This document shows positions 39,577 through 50,695 of a stretch of 59,507 nucleotides of DNA, piece after piece (within the stretch, counting starts at the first letter, position 1; each line of letters opens with the position of its first letter). The position numbers and the translations under genes were made by a program. The stretch lies in the NCBI GenBank assembly GCA_017622175.1, contig JAGARQ010000009.1:1-59507 (forward strand), in the 5' to 3' direction. Source of the stretch: Bacilli bacterium (GTDB lineage Bacteria; Bacillota_I; Bacilli_A; RF39; UBA660). The notes under the pieces were generated by a model, which had not been told where the DNA came from, made no database searches, and saw only the letters and a list, made by a program, of their open reading frames with translations.

Positions 39577-41448
39577 TTATCTAACAATCTCTAATACAAT
39601 AGTTGTACAATAGGAAATCCATTTAGCATCATATGTTGCACTATTACATACAGAACCAGGAGAAGTAGAACCATTAGAACATTTATCTACAAACTTAGCA
39701 GTAATATTAAATCCTGCATTTGAAATCATGTTCTTTGTAGCACTTAATACTTCATTACCATTACCACCAGGAGCTATATAAAACATAGCGCCTTTAGATG
39801 TATCACAAGTAGGTGTAACAGGAGTAGATGGTTTAGGTGCCGCAGGCTTAGGACCATTACTAATTGTAACAGTAATAGTTGTACCTTGTGCAACCTTAGA
39901 ACCAGCACTGATTGATTGTCTAATAACTTTTCCTTGTGCAACACTATCACTATAACTATATACAAAACTATACCCAAATCCAGCATTTTTTAATTTAGCC
40001 GTAGCATCTGCTTTAGTAAGACCAGTAACACTTGGTACACTTGCAGATTTACCATTTGAAATAGTTACAACCACTGGATCATTATTTCTTATTGTATCAC
40101 CAGTTTTATATGAATAACTAATTACTTCACCAGCTTTTATTGATTCACTAAATTCTCTTTGCTCTTCATATAAAATACCATACTTATCAGCCCATTCCTT
40201 AAATTCATAATATGAATCAAATTCAGGCATTGTAAGTTTACCACGAGAAATTACTACTTCGATAACAGTACCTTCTGCAACAATATCTCCTTCTTTATAA
40301 TTAGCACTAATAACAGAATTTTCATCAATAGAATCATCATACTTATCAGTAAATTCTAATTTCAACTTATTTTTAATTACCCATTCAGTAATAGCAGTCA
40401 TACTCATTCCTTTTAAATTAGGAATTTTAATTTCAGGACCTTTACTAATACTAACAGTAATCTTTGTATCCCCAGTATTAATCATTGTACCAGCTTTGAT
40501 ACTTTGTTTAACTACATATCCTCGTTTAACTTTACTAGAGAATACTTCCTCAAATTCATAATTAATACGATTTTGCTTTAAATAGAAAGTAGCTTCAAAC
40601 TTACTCATTCCACTTAAATCGCGTAATTTAATTTCTTTTCTTTCTTCATCTTTTCCATAAGAGAATGTTAATTTTAATTCTTCATCTCTTCTCATATTAC
40701 CGCTTTTATTTTGTTCAATCACAGTATTAATTTCTTTAGTTGACTCAACAAACTCAACATTAACATTTGATAAATAATTATTCTTAACAAATTCTAAAAC
40801 TCTTTCACTATCCCAAGATACCATATTTGGAATAACAATTTCTTTTGATGGATTAGGACCTTCACTAACAGCAACCGTAATGCTTTCAACATCTTTAAGC
40901 TTAGTCCCAGCTTTAACATCTTGACTAATTATATGATATTCATTAATCATGTCACTAAATTCATAATCTTGAACTATATTTATTTTGTTTTTTTCACTCC
41001 ATTTAATTACTTCAGTTAATTCCATATTAGTAAAATCAATAACATTTTTATTTGGAAAACTAACAATTCCAGCTGTTAACAAACAACCATATACATAATA
41101 ACAAAGTAAAAATAAACTACCCAAACAAACTAATGATTTATTCTTTCTATTAGTAGTCATAGAAAAAGTTACAAACAATAAAGTAAATATAACTAATAAT
41201 AATCCACTAATTAATGCATCTATTGGATTAGTTTTATCAAAAAACAATCCAAATATAAATAAAACAACACTACTTAATAAAGTTAATATAAGAATAAGAT
41301 TAGTAAAAGGATGTTTATAAATCTTTCCCTTAGGGATATCAGTCTTATTAATAACTTTCTCCTCCTTAGTATTATCTTTTTTATCTACAACTTCATGAGT
41401 TTTTTCTTCTATCATTATATAATCATCTTTATTTTTCTTTTTTGCCAT
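39577..41448 (-). CDS. Membrane protein with multiple PASTA repeats, no kinase or PBP domain
   Basis: 3 TMs then about six repeats of the P..G/V..Q/V.VS.GP type; Pro-rich linker and a 4-Cys C-terminal module. Confidence 0.85.
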   Translation of the reverse strand: MAKKKNKDDYIMIEEKTHEVVDKKDNTKEEKVINKTDIPKGKIYKHPFTNLILILTLLSSVVLFIFGLFFDKTNPIDALISGLLLVIFTLLFVTFSMTTNRKNKSLVCLGSLFLLCYYVYGCLLTAGIVSFPNKNVIDFTNMELTEVIKWSEKNKINIVQDYEFSDMINEYHIISQDVKAGTKLKDVESITVAVSEGPNPSKEIVIPNMVSWDSERVLEFVKNNYLSNVNVEFVESTKEINTVIEQNKSGNMRRDEELKLTFSYGKDEERKEIKLRDLSGMSKFEATFYLKQNRINYEFEEVFSSKVKRGYVVKQSIKAGTMINTGDTKITVSISKGPEIKIPNLKGMSMTAITEWVIKNKLKLEFTDKYDDSIDENSVISANYKEGDIVAEGTVIEVVISRGKLTMPEFDSYYEFKEWADKYGILYEEQREFSESIKAGEVISYSYKTGDTIRNNDPVVVTISNGKSASVPSVTGLTKADATAKLKNAGFGYSFVYSYSDSVAQGKVIRQSISAGSKVAQGTTITVTISNGPKPAAPKPSTPVTPTCDTSKGAMFYIAPGGNGNEVLSATKNMISNAGFNITAKFVDKCSNGSTSPGSVCNSATYDAKWISYCTTIVLEIVR

Positions 41449-41646
41449 CTGTTACCTCCATTATCTTATATAAATCATTATATAATAAATAACTTAAAAT
41501 ATAAATAATTACTATAAATGACATTGTAAAAATATGTCTAAAAAAAGAAAAATAAATCTATCTAATTTTCTGGTTTATATCTAAATAATTGTACAAGTAA
41601 CAATCACTTATGTTACAATAATATAAAGAAAATGCAGGTGATATAG

Positions 41647-43419
41647 ATGAGACTAATCTTAGGAACAATAATCTTTTGGATAATGATCTTAGGAATAAAG
41701 AAATTCTTAGAAAATAAGCTAAATATAGATAAAAACTTTACACTTGTAATTACATTCTCAACTATAGGTCTATTAATATTTATAGCTGGTATTTTAAATA
41801 TAATGAAAATTGTCTCATTATTACTTATAATATCTTCAATATTATATTTCTTTTATTCAATTTACAAAGAAAAACCAAATATAAAAAAAATAAAAGATAA
41901 TATTTTAAAACCAAGTAATATAATTCCAATAATTATTTTTACATATATAACTATAATTGGTATGAATATGCATCTAACTCATTATGATAACTTTTCTCAC
42001 TGGGGATTAATTATAAAGAATATGTTATTAGATAATGCCTTACCAAACTTTGAAGATACAATGATAATGTTTAAAGGTTATCAACCGGGTAGTGCTTGTT
42101 TTATTTATATTTATGGTCTACTAGCAGGAAAAACAGAATCAGCTATGATAGTAGGACATAACTACCTAACATTTGCCTTTCTAACACCATTATTTGCCTT
42201 TATCAAAGGAAAAAATAAAGTATTAAAAAATTTAATTATTACAATGTTTTATATCTTTATAATGACTATATCTATTAAATTTAATGATTTATTAGTAGAT
42301 AGTATGATAGCCTGTATGGCAATATCATCACTTGGAATAATTCACTATTACAAAAACGATTTAAAAAAAGCCTTTTTATATGCATTACCAATTACAATAT
42401 TTACATTTTTAGTAAAAAATACAGGCTTTCTAATTGGAATTATAAATTGTATTTATATATTATATCTTTCATATAAATCAAAAAATATAAAAGAAGGCTG
42501 GAAGTACACACTTATTACTATCTTAACATTAGTAGTAACACTTCTAATATGGCAAGGCCATGTTAAACTAGTATTCGGAGAAATGTCTTTGTATTCAAAA
42601 CACTCTTTAAGTTCTGATAATATAATTTTATCTTTAAGAACAAAGGGTTGGGATAAAATATTCTTACTTATTAAAGAATACGCTCTACACTTATTTACTT
42701 TTAAAAATAATATTACGAATATTTATATATTAATTATTAATGCTCTTTTACTATTATTTGCCTTTACAAATAAAAATAAAACAGAAAGAAAAGAAATACT
42801 TTTTCTAGCAGGAATAGTAGACATATTGTATTTATTCTATTATTTAATTATTGGAGGAATGTATTTATTTTCAATGCCCTGGGAAGAAGCAATTGTTTTC
42901 GCTGGTTATGAAAGATATATGACTACAATTATAATTGTTATAGTTGGTATTGTTTTAATGTATTTACTTTCATATGATAAAAAGAAATATAATTTAAAAC
43001 TTATTTTAGTACCAACACTATTATTAATGATTTTATCTATGAATATATTCCCAGGTAATGTAACTGCATTATTAGGACAAGATGGTTATCAAGGAACCTT
43101 AGCAAACAAGTACGACATAATATAAAAAAACTACAAACCATCAAAAGAAGAAATATATTATATATACTCACCATCTTCTAAAAATGATTATTCTTATTTA
43201 GAATTTATGTCAAAATATAAACTAAATACAGGAAATATTAAAATGATTTATAGTAAAGAAGAACTTAATCTAAAAACAACAGGAACAATTATTTTTATTG
43301 ATGAAGATAAATATTTAATAGAGGAAGCCATTAAATCAGGATGGAAAAGTAAAACACAATTAATTTTAGAAAAAAAGGTGATAACGTGCATAAATTTATT
43401 AAACAAAACTTTAATATAA
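41647..43419 (+). pseudogene. GT-C-like polytopic membrane protein interrupted by one in-frame TAA (43123-43125)
   Basis: YDNFSHWG and YQPG motifs shared with the 48860-50680 paralogue; the frame stays open after the TAA and runs into the 43207-43419 ORF. Confidence 0.75.
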
Positions 43420-44684
43420 TTTTAGTATTATTTATATTACTCCAACCAGTACTAGATTTAATTACTGGAATATGTGTTAATTTATTAAATCTAAATATCA
43501 CTTTAGGTATAATTATAAGAATAATATTTTTAATATTCCTTATGTATACAACAGTATTTATTTATAAAAAGAAATTATCTTTTTATTCATATTTAGTATT
43601 AGGAATATATTCAATATTCTATTTAATAGGTATAATTATATATAAAGATGGAGTAGTCTTTTATGAGTTACAAGGTTTATTAAAAGCCTTATACTTTCCA
43701 CTAATACTAGTATCACTATATGATTTAAAAGAAGAAATATTAATTACTAACAAAGTCTTATTTATAACACTATTTACATACATAATATTGATAATTATCC
43801 CAAATACCTTCGGATTGGGCTTCGAAACGTATAAGATTACCAAGTCGGGCAATTTAGGTTTCTTCGGAGCAGCTAATGAAATTAGTGGTATAATTTCATT
43901 ACTAACTCCATTAATGTTTATTATCTTAAAAAATCTAAAAAATAATATTTTAAAAATAATATATGTTATTCTTTATTTGGTTGTAATTTTAACAATTGGA
44001 ACAAAAACACCGTTATTAACACTTTTAATAACAATAGGTTTTTCATATTTATATTACATGTTTTATTGTATAAAGAAAAAAACATATAAGCCATTAATTA
44101 TAACTGGCAGTATTATTGTAGTAGCATTTGCAAGTTTATTATTAATACTTCCTAAAACAAACTTTTACAAAAACATTAAAGTTCATTTAGAATATTTAGA
44201 AGTAGATAACATAGTAGATATTTTTAAAGAAGAAGCATTAATAGATCATTTTATTTTTAGTCAAAGACTTACATTCTTAGAAGCAAAATCTAAAGACTAT
44301 AACAAAGCATCAACATATGAAAAAATATTTGGAATTGGATATACAGAAGATAAAGAACAAACCAAACTAATTGAAATGGACTACTTTGATATTTTTTATA
44401 GTCATGGACTTGTAGGTTTTTTAACTATAATTGGAATATATTTTTACATACTATATAGAGTTTTAATAAATAGTAAGAAAAGTTTCTTTGATTCATATAT
44501 GAAAAAACTAAGTTTATTCTTAATACTATTATTATCATTATTGACTGGTCATATTATTACTGCGCCAGCTGTTTCAATAATTGCTATTATTTTAATAATA
44601 GATATTGAAGATTATAAAAAGAAAAAAATAAAGATAAATAAATATCCTAAACTAATAAAAGAAATGTTTAATGAGGTGATATAA
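43386..44684 (+). CDS. O-antigen ligase/Wzy-like membrane protein
   Basis: About 12 TMs; GFFGAANEIS, IGTKTP, FSQR, IEMDYFDIFYSHG, GHI. Confidence 0.8.
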   Translation: MHKFIKQNFNIILVLFILLQPVLDLITGICVNLLNLNITLGIIIRIIFLIFLMYTTVFIYKKKLSFYSYLVLGIYSIFYLIGIIIYKDGVVFYELQGLLKALYFPLILVSLYDLKEEILITNKVLFITLFTYIILIIIPNTFGLGFETYKITKSGNLGFFGAANEISGIISLLTPLMFIILKNLKNNILKIIYVILYLVVILTIGTKTPLLTLLITIGFSYLYYMFYCIKKKTYKPLIITGSIIVVAFASLLLILPKTNFYKNIKVHLEYLEVDNIVDIFKEEALIDHFIFSQRLTFLEAKSKDYNKASTYEKIFGIGYTEDKEQTKLIEMDYFDIFYSHGLVGFLTIIGIYFYILYRVLINSKKSFFDSYMKKLSLFLILLLSLLTGHIITAPAVSIIAIILIIDIEDYKKKKIKINKYPKLIKEMFNEVI

Positions 44685-45604
44685 TGCCAAAATTTAGTGT
44701 AATTATTCCAGTACACAATGTGGAGAAATATTTAAAAAAATGTCTTGATAGTGTAATGAATCAAACATATAAAAACTATGAAGTAATAGTTATTGATGAT
44801 GGTTCAACAGATGGTAGTAAAAAAATAGCAAAAAAATACAAAGTAAACTTAATTGAAACAGAATTTGTTGGTGTAAGCGAAGCTAGAAATATGGCTATTA
44901 AAAAAGCAACAGGAGACTATTTGGTATTTTTAGATAGTGATGATTGGTGGGATGAAGAACTATTAGAAAAGTTAAATGAAAATAGTGAAAACAATCCGGA
45001 TTTAATTCGTTATCAAATGCGTACAGTAACAGATGGTGGAGAAATAACAGATTATGTTGAAGAACCATTTGAATCGAAAAAAGGTGAAGAAGCATTTGAA
45101 CTAGTAACTAAATTTCACTTTGTTGATGCAGCTTGTTGTTATTCTATAAAGCGTTCATATTTTGAAAAAGAAAAATTTAAATTTGCTAAAGGAAGAATCC
45201 ATGAAGACTATGGATTAATGCCACTTTTAATAATTAAAGCCAAAAAAGTTAATTGTATTTCTTATGTAGGTTACAACTATTATAGAAGAAGTGGAAGTAT
45301 CATGACTAATGAAAATTATGACTGGACTAAAAAGAAAGTAGAAGACTTTTTCTATCACTACAAATTTTTAATAAGTGAAATTGATAAAACAAAAATAAAC
45401 AGTAAATGTTTTAAAAGTTTTTTAGCTAATAGTATGATTTTAAAAATATGTTCTTTAAAAGGAAAAGAATATAAAGAATACAAAAAAATGTTAAAGAAAG
45501 AAAAAGTGTTTAATAATATTTTAACCGATACATTACCAAGAAAAGTAAAAAATATATTACTTAGAATATCTCCAAAATTATATTATAAAACGCTAGGGAA
45601 GTAG
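44684..45604 (+). CDS. Glycosyltransferase family 2
   Basis: SVIIPVHN, IDDGSTD, ARN, FLDSDD, HED. Confidence 0.92.
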   Translation: MPKFSVIIPVHNVEKYLKKCLDSVMNQTYKNYEVIVIDDGSTDGSKKIAKKYKVNLIETEFVGVSEARNMAIKKATGDYLVFLDSDDWWDEELLEKLNENSENNPDLIRYQMRTVTDGGEITDYVEEPFESKKGEEAFELVTKFHFVDAACCYSIKRSYFEKEKFKFAKGRIHEDYGLMPLLIIKAKKVNCISYVGYNYYRRSGSIMTNENYDWTKKKVEDFFYHYKFLISEIDKTKINSKCFKSFLANSMILKICSLKGKEYKEYKKMLKKEKVFNNILTDTLPRKVKNILLRISPKLYYKTLGK

Positions 45605-45612
45605 GTGAAAAT

Positions 45613-46560
45613 ATGGCAGATATAAGTATAATTGTTCCAATATATAATGCAGAAAAATATTTAAAAAAATGTATTGACTCTTTACTAAATCAAACAAAAA
45701 AAGAATTAGAATTTATCTTAATAAACGATGGTTCTACTGATTCAACCCATGACATCATAAAAAAGTATAAAGATAAAAGAATAAAATACTTTAAAAATAA
45801 AAATCAAGGTATTGGAAAGACAAGAAACTTTGGTATTGAAAAAGCAACAGGCAAATATATAATGTTTGTCGATAGTGATGACTATTTAACTGAAACAGCA
45901 TGTGAAGAATTATATGATAAAGTAATAGAAACAAAAGCTGATTTAGTTATATGTGATTTTTATAAAGTATACGATGATGGTAGTAAAGAAAAAATAAAAC
46001 TTCCATCATTCAAACCAACAAAATTAAAAGACATGCCTAACATGTTACTAGATGTAAACCTAGCACCATGGAATAAGATATATAAAACTAAGTTAATAAA
46101 AGATAATAATATTAAGTTTGTAGAAGGTATAAAATATGAAGATGTTCCGTTTGTTGCAGAGGCAATAGATAGGGCAACTAAAATAGCAAAACTTGATAGT
46201 TACATAAATTATTATGTAATTCATGGAAATAGCGAAACAACAGTTAGAGATAAAAGAATATTTGATATCTTAAAAATTGTTGATAAAGTAAGAACTTATT
46301 TCAAAAGCAAAAAATATATGAATGATGTAGTAGATAGATTAACTGTAAGAATTTTAACAAATTACAATATTCAACAACGCAATCAAAAAGATAAAAAAGT
46401 TGGAATGGAATTTTTAGATACATCATTTGCTTACTTAAAAAAAGAAGTACCTGATTATAAAAATAATAAATATTATGAAAATAGAAGTTTCTTAAAACGT
46501 ACGATTGAAAAGAGTAAATTATTATCTAAAATATATTGTAAATTATATAAGAATAAATAA
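45613..46560 (+). CDS. Glycosyltransferase family 2
   Basis: SIIVPIYN, INDGSTD, FVDSDD, PWNKIY, YED. Confidence 0.92.
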   Translation: MADISIIVPIYNAEKYLKKCIDSLLNQTKKELEFILINDGSTDSTHDIIKKYKDKRIKYFKNKNQGIGKTRNFGIEKATGKYIMFVDSDDYLTETACEELYDKVIETKADLVICDFYKVYDDGSKEKIKLPSFKPTKLKDMPNMLLDVNLAPWNKIYKTKLIKDNNIKFVEGIKYEDVPFVAEAIDRATKIAKLDSYINYYVIHGNSETTVRDKRIFDILKIVDKVRTYFKSKKYMNDVVDRLTVRILTNYNIQQRNQKDKKVGMEFLDTSFAYLKKEVPDYKNNKYYENRSFLKRTIEKSKLLSKIYCKLYKNK

Positions 46561-46593
46561 AAGACTATAAATTTAAATTTATAGTCTTTTTTT
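46560..46593 (+). terminator. Intrinsic terminator
   Basis: AAAGACTATAAATTT/AAATTTATAGTCTTTTTT long inverted repeat. Confidence 0.7.
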
Positions 46594-46715
46594 GTTGAAA
46601 AATAAGTCAAAAGTTTTACATTCGTTTTTATATGTGCTAAAATTAAAGTGTCTATTATCAATAATGAACACAAGAAAACTAAGATAATAGTTTTTATAGG
46701 GAAAGAGGTAGAAAA

Positions 46716-47723
46716 ATGAAAAAGGATATATTTAAAGACAAAGTATTATTAATTACAGGAGGAACAGGTTCTTTTGGTAATGCTGTTTTAAAAAGATTTT
46801 TAGATAGTAGTTTAAAAGAAATTAGAATTTTCTCAAGAGATGAAAAGAAACAAGAAGATATGAGAATTCAATATAATAATGAAAAATTAAAATTCTATAT
46901 CGGTGATGTTAGAAACTATAGAAGTATTGAAGATGCTATGGATGGAGTAGATTACGTATTCCATGCAGCAGCATTAAAACAAGTTCCATCATGTGAATTT
47001 TTCCCAATTCAAGCAGTTGAAACTAATGTACTAGGAACAAACAATGTATTAGAAGCAGCAGTAAATCATAATGTAAAAAAAGTAATCGTATTAAGTACAG
47101 ATAAAGCAGCATACCCAATTAATGCTATGGGAATGAGTAAAGCTTTAATGGAAAAAGTGGCAGTTGCTAAAGGAAGAAACTTAAGAGATGACCAAACTAT
47201 AATTTGTAGAACAAGATATGGAAATGTTATGGCATCACGTGGTTCTGTAATTCCATTATTCTGTGACCAAATTGCTCAAGGAAAACCACTAACAATTACA
47301 AATCCAGAAATGACAAGATTTATGATGACTTTAGAAGATGCTGTAGACTTAGTAATTTATGCATTTGAAAATGGTAACCAAGGAGACTTATTTGTACAAA
47401 AAGCTCCAGCAGCAACAATTGATGTATTAGCTCAAGCTGTTAAAGAATTAAAAAATTCAGATGCTCCAATCCAACACATTGGTTCAAGACATGGAGAAAA
47501 ACTATATGAAGTTTTAGTAACAAAAGAAGAAATGATTGGTGCAGAAGATTTAGGAGATTATTTCAGAGTTCCAGCAGATAACAGAAACTTAAATTATGCT
47601 AAATATGAAAATGATGGAGATAAAAAACTAGATACAGTTGAAGAATATAATTCACATAATACAAAAAGACTTGATGTTGAAGGTATGAAAAAACTATTAT
47701 TAAAATTAGATTTATTTAAGTAG
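46716..47723 (+). CDS. fnlA: UDP-GlcNAc 4,6-dehydratase/5-epimerase (FnlA/CapE/WbjB)
   Basis: TGGTGSFG, SRDEKKQ, HAAALKQVPSCEF, STDKA, RYGNVMASRGSVIP, EYNSHNT. Confidence 0.93.
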   Translation: MKKDIFKDKVLLITGGTGSFGNAVLKRFLDSSLKEIRIFSRDEKKQEDMRIQYNNEKLKFYIGDVRNYRSIEDAMDGVDYVFHAAALKQVPSCEFFPIQAVETNVLGTNNVLEAAVNHNVKKVIVLSTDKAAYPINAMGMSKALMEKVAVAKGRNLRDDQTIICRTRYGNVMASRGSVIPLFCDQIAQGKPLTITNPEMTRFMMTLEDAVDLVIYAFENGNQGDLFVQKAPAATIDVLAQAVKELKNSDAPIQHIGSRHGEKLYEVLVTKEEMIGAEDLGDYFRVPADNRNLNYAKYENDGDKKLDTVEEYNSHNTKRLDVEGMKKLLLKLDLFK

Positions 47724-47730
47724 GTGAAAC

Positions 47731-48834
47731 ATGAAAGTATTAATTACTGGATCAAATGGGTTTATAGGAAAAAATTTAAAAACTCATTTACAAGAAAAAG
47801 ATAATATTGAAATTATTGATTATGATAAAGAAGATACTTTTGATAAAATTGAAAATGCTATAGATGAAATCGACTTTATATTTCATTTAGCAGGAGTAAA
47901 TCGTCCTCAAACTCCAGAAGAGTTTTATGAAGGTAATTCAGATTTAACAAAAAAAATTGTTGATTTAATTAAAGACAAAAATATTCCATTAGTAGTAACA
48001 TCTACAATTCATGCCGATAAAGATACAGACTATGGAAAAAGTAAAAAGATAGCAGAAGAATATATTAAAGATAATTTAAAAAATTATTATATTTATAGGC
48101 TTCATAATGTCTTTGGAAAATGGTGTCGTCCAAACTACAACTCTGTAGTTGCAACATTCTGTCATAATATAGCAAATGATTTAGAAATTACTATTAATGA
48201 TGAATCAACTGCCTTGGATTTAATTTATATTGACGATATTTGTTATGAATTTGAAAATATTTTAGCAGGGCAAAAGCCAGGAGAAAAAGCAAAAGGAATT
48301 TGCTATATTAATCCACGTTACAATGTAACACTTGGATATATTGCTAAAAGATTATATGAATTTAAAGATAGTATGAATTCAATTTATGTTCCAAACACAG
48401 GTGATGACTTTACTAAAAAGTTATACTCAACATATATAAGTTATTTGCCAATGGAAAAAACATATTGTTCAGCAACAAAGAATGTTGATGAAAGAGGTAG
48501 TTTTACCGAACTAGTTAGAACAAATGAATGTGGACAATTTTCAGTTTCATTTAGTAAACCAGGAATAGTAAGAGGTAATCACTACCATCATACAAAACTA
48601 GAAAGATTTATTGTTATTAAAGGGAAAGCAAAAATCGGTTTTAAGAGTGTAGTTGATGGTTCATATTACGAATTTATAGTTGATGACTCAGATATTAAAG
48701 TTGTTACTATTCCAGTTGGTTATACACACAATATTGAAAATATTGGTGATGACGAAATGATTTTAGCAATCTGGTGTAATGAATTATTTGATAAAGAAAA
48801 ACCAGATACATATTTCAAACCAGTAAGTGAATAA
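47731..48834 (+). CDS. fnlB: FnlB/CapF/WbjC reductase with C-terminal cupin
   Basis: TGSNGFIG, HLAGVNRP, NVFGKWCRPNYNS, DERGSF, RGNHYHHTK, GYTHNIEN. Confidence 0.92.
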   Translation: MKVLITGSNGFIGKNLKTHLQEKDNIEIIDYDKEDTFDKIENAIDEIDFIFHLAGVNRPQTPEEFYEGNSDLTKKIVDLIKDKNIPLVVTSTIHADKDTDYGKSKKIAEEYIKDNLKNYYIYRLHNVFGKWCRPNYNSVVATFCHNIANDLEITINDESTALDLIYIDDICYEFENILAGQKPGEKAKGICYINPRYNVTLGYIAKRLYEFKDSMNSIYVPNTGDDFTKKLYSTYISYLPMEKTYCSATKNVDERGSFTELVRTNECGQFSVSFSKPGIVRGNHYHHTKLERFIVIKGKAKIGFKSVVDGSYYEFIVDDSDIKVVTIPVGYTHNIENIGDDEMILAIWCNELFDKEKPDTYFKPVSE

Positions 48835-48859
48835 AACTCCACTAGAGAAGGAGAAAAAA

Positions 48860-50680
48860 ATGATTAATTTAATACTAGTATATTTAATTATACAAATCTA
48901 CAGTATATTCTTCTCAATTAAATTTAAGAAGAATATAGGAAATACATTTGTCATTTCAATACTATCAATAATAGCAATCATTTACTTATTTGGACTACTT
49001 AATATACTTCCATTCGGAGTATATTTTGTCGAATTAGCATCATTAGGATTATTGATATATGAAATAAAGTATTTTATTAAAAATAAAGATAAATTAAAAA
49101 CTACAATTATAAATAAAGAAAACGTAATTTTTACAACATTATTTATTGGATTGTCATTAATACATCAAGGAAGAATGTTATCAGAATGGGATGAATTTTC
49201 TCATTGGGGAGATGTAGTTAAAGCTATGTTTACCATAAATGACTTTTCAACAGATGCCCAGTCAATGAGTGCTTTCCAATCATATCCACCAGCAATGAGT
49301 ATATTTCAATACTTCTTTGTAAAGGTAGGAAATACATATAATGAAAGTAATCTTTATATTGCATATCAAGTAATGTTTTTAAGTTTGATAATGCCATTTA
49401 TCAGTAAAAACAAGAAAGTATTTGATTCAATAATAATGTCCATAATTTTTATGTTAGTACCAATAATTATTACAAATAAATTCTATACATCTATCTATAT
49501 AGATACAATTCTTGGTTTACTATTTGGTTATATTTTATCAACTATCATGGTTAATGAATATGACAAGTATCAATATATTAACTTATGTTTATCATTATTT
49601 ACATTAATATTATTAAAAGATGTAGGAATGTTCTTAGCATTGATTGCCATTGCTATGATTGCAACTGACTTAATATTTGTAAAAAAGAAAGTAGTTTTTT
49701 GTAAAGATTTCTATAAGAAAAATAAAAAATATATTTGGATTATCCTTGCAAGTATTATTGCAGTATTAGTTGCAAAATTTACATGGAATTTAGATATAAA
49801 AATTAATGATGCAGAAGTTGCATTTTCAAATAAAATAACATTTAAAGAAATAATTAACCTAATTACATTTAGAAATCTAGGTTATAGAGCAACTGTAATT
49901 TCAAACTTTGCTAAAAACTTATATAATGAAAACATTATCAATTCAATTGTTAACTTCAATACAATAACTCTTAGTATAGTTTTTATGATTTTATTACTAC
50001 TAGGATTAAATAAACAAAAAAAGTCTAAATATTATATTGGATGTATAATGGGAGGATTAGCAATTTATGTTGCCGGTCTAGCATTTATATATTGTTTCAA
50101 ATTTACTGAATATGAAGCTGTGAGATTAGCGTCATATTCAAGATATATATCTATATATATGATAGCAGTACTATTTGTAATAGCGGCGGTAATTATTAAT
50201 CAAAAAGAAAAAACAATACCACTATTATTAATATTATTATTTGTTCCATATAATTCTTTATTAGGAATTAGATATACAGTAGGAGAATCAGTTGCTTTTC
50301 GTGAACCATATGAAAGTGCAATTGATGCGATAGACGAAAAAATAGATGACGATGATAAAGTATATATAATTTCTCAAAATACAAGTGGTTATGATTATTG
50401 GGTTTTAAGATATACATTAAGACCAAATATGATTAACGAAGCATCAACATGGAGTATTGGGACAAAATACGGAGAAGAAGATATTTGGACAAAAGAATTT
50501 ACTCAAGAAGAGTGGATGGATAAATTAGTAGAAGATGATTATGATTTTGTTTATTTATACAAATGTGATAATCAATTTAAAGATGAATTCCAAAGTTTAT
50601 TTGTTGATGCAAGTGATATTGAGGAAAGATCATTATTTAAAGTAGAAACTGAAACAAGAAAACTAGAATTAGTTGAATAG
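48860..50680 (+). CDS. GT-C-like polytopic membrane protein
   Basis: WDEFSHWG and YPP in the first loop, more than 10 TMs, EAVRLASYSRY; AAGGAG RBS before ATG 48860. Confidence 0.7.
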   Translation: MINLILVYLIIQIYSIFFSIKFKKNIGNTFVISILSIIAIIYLFGLLNILPFGVYFVELASLGLLIYEIKYFIKNKDKLKTTIINKENVIFTTLFIGLSLIHQGRMLSEWDEFSHWGDVVKAMFTINDFSTDAQSMSAFQSYPPAMSIFQYFFVKVGNTYNESNLYIAYQVMFLSLIMPFISKNKKVFDSIIMSIIFMLVPIIITNKFYTSIYIDTILGLLFGYILSTIMVNEYDKYQYINLCLSLFTLILLKDVGMFLALIAIAMIATDLIFVKKKVVFCKDFYKKNKKYIWIILASIIAVLVAKFTWNLDIKINDAEVAFSNKITFKEIINLITFRNLGYRATVISNFAKNLYNENIINSIVNFNTITLSIVFMILLLLGLNKQKKSKYYIGCIMGGLAIYVAGLAFIYCFKFTEYEAVRLASYSRYISIYMIAVLFVIAAVIINQKEKTIPLLLILLFVPYNSLLGIRYTVGESVAFREPYESAIDAIDEKIDDDDKVYIISQNTSGYDYWVLRYTLRPNMINEASTWSIGTKYGEEDIWTKEFTQEEWMDKLVEDDYDFVYLYKCDNQFKDEFQSLFVDASDIEERSLFKVETETRKLELVE

Positions 50681-50695
50681 AAAGAAGGTAATAAA

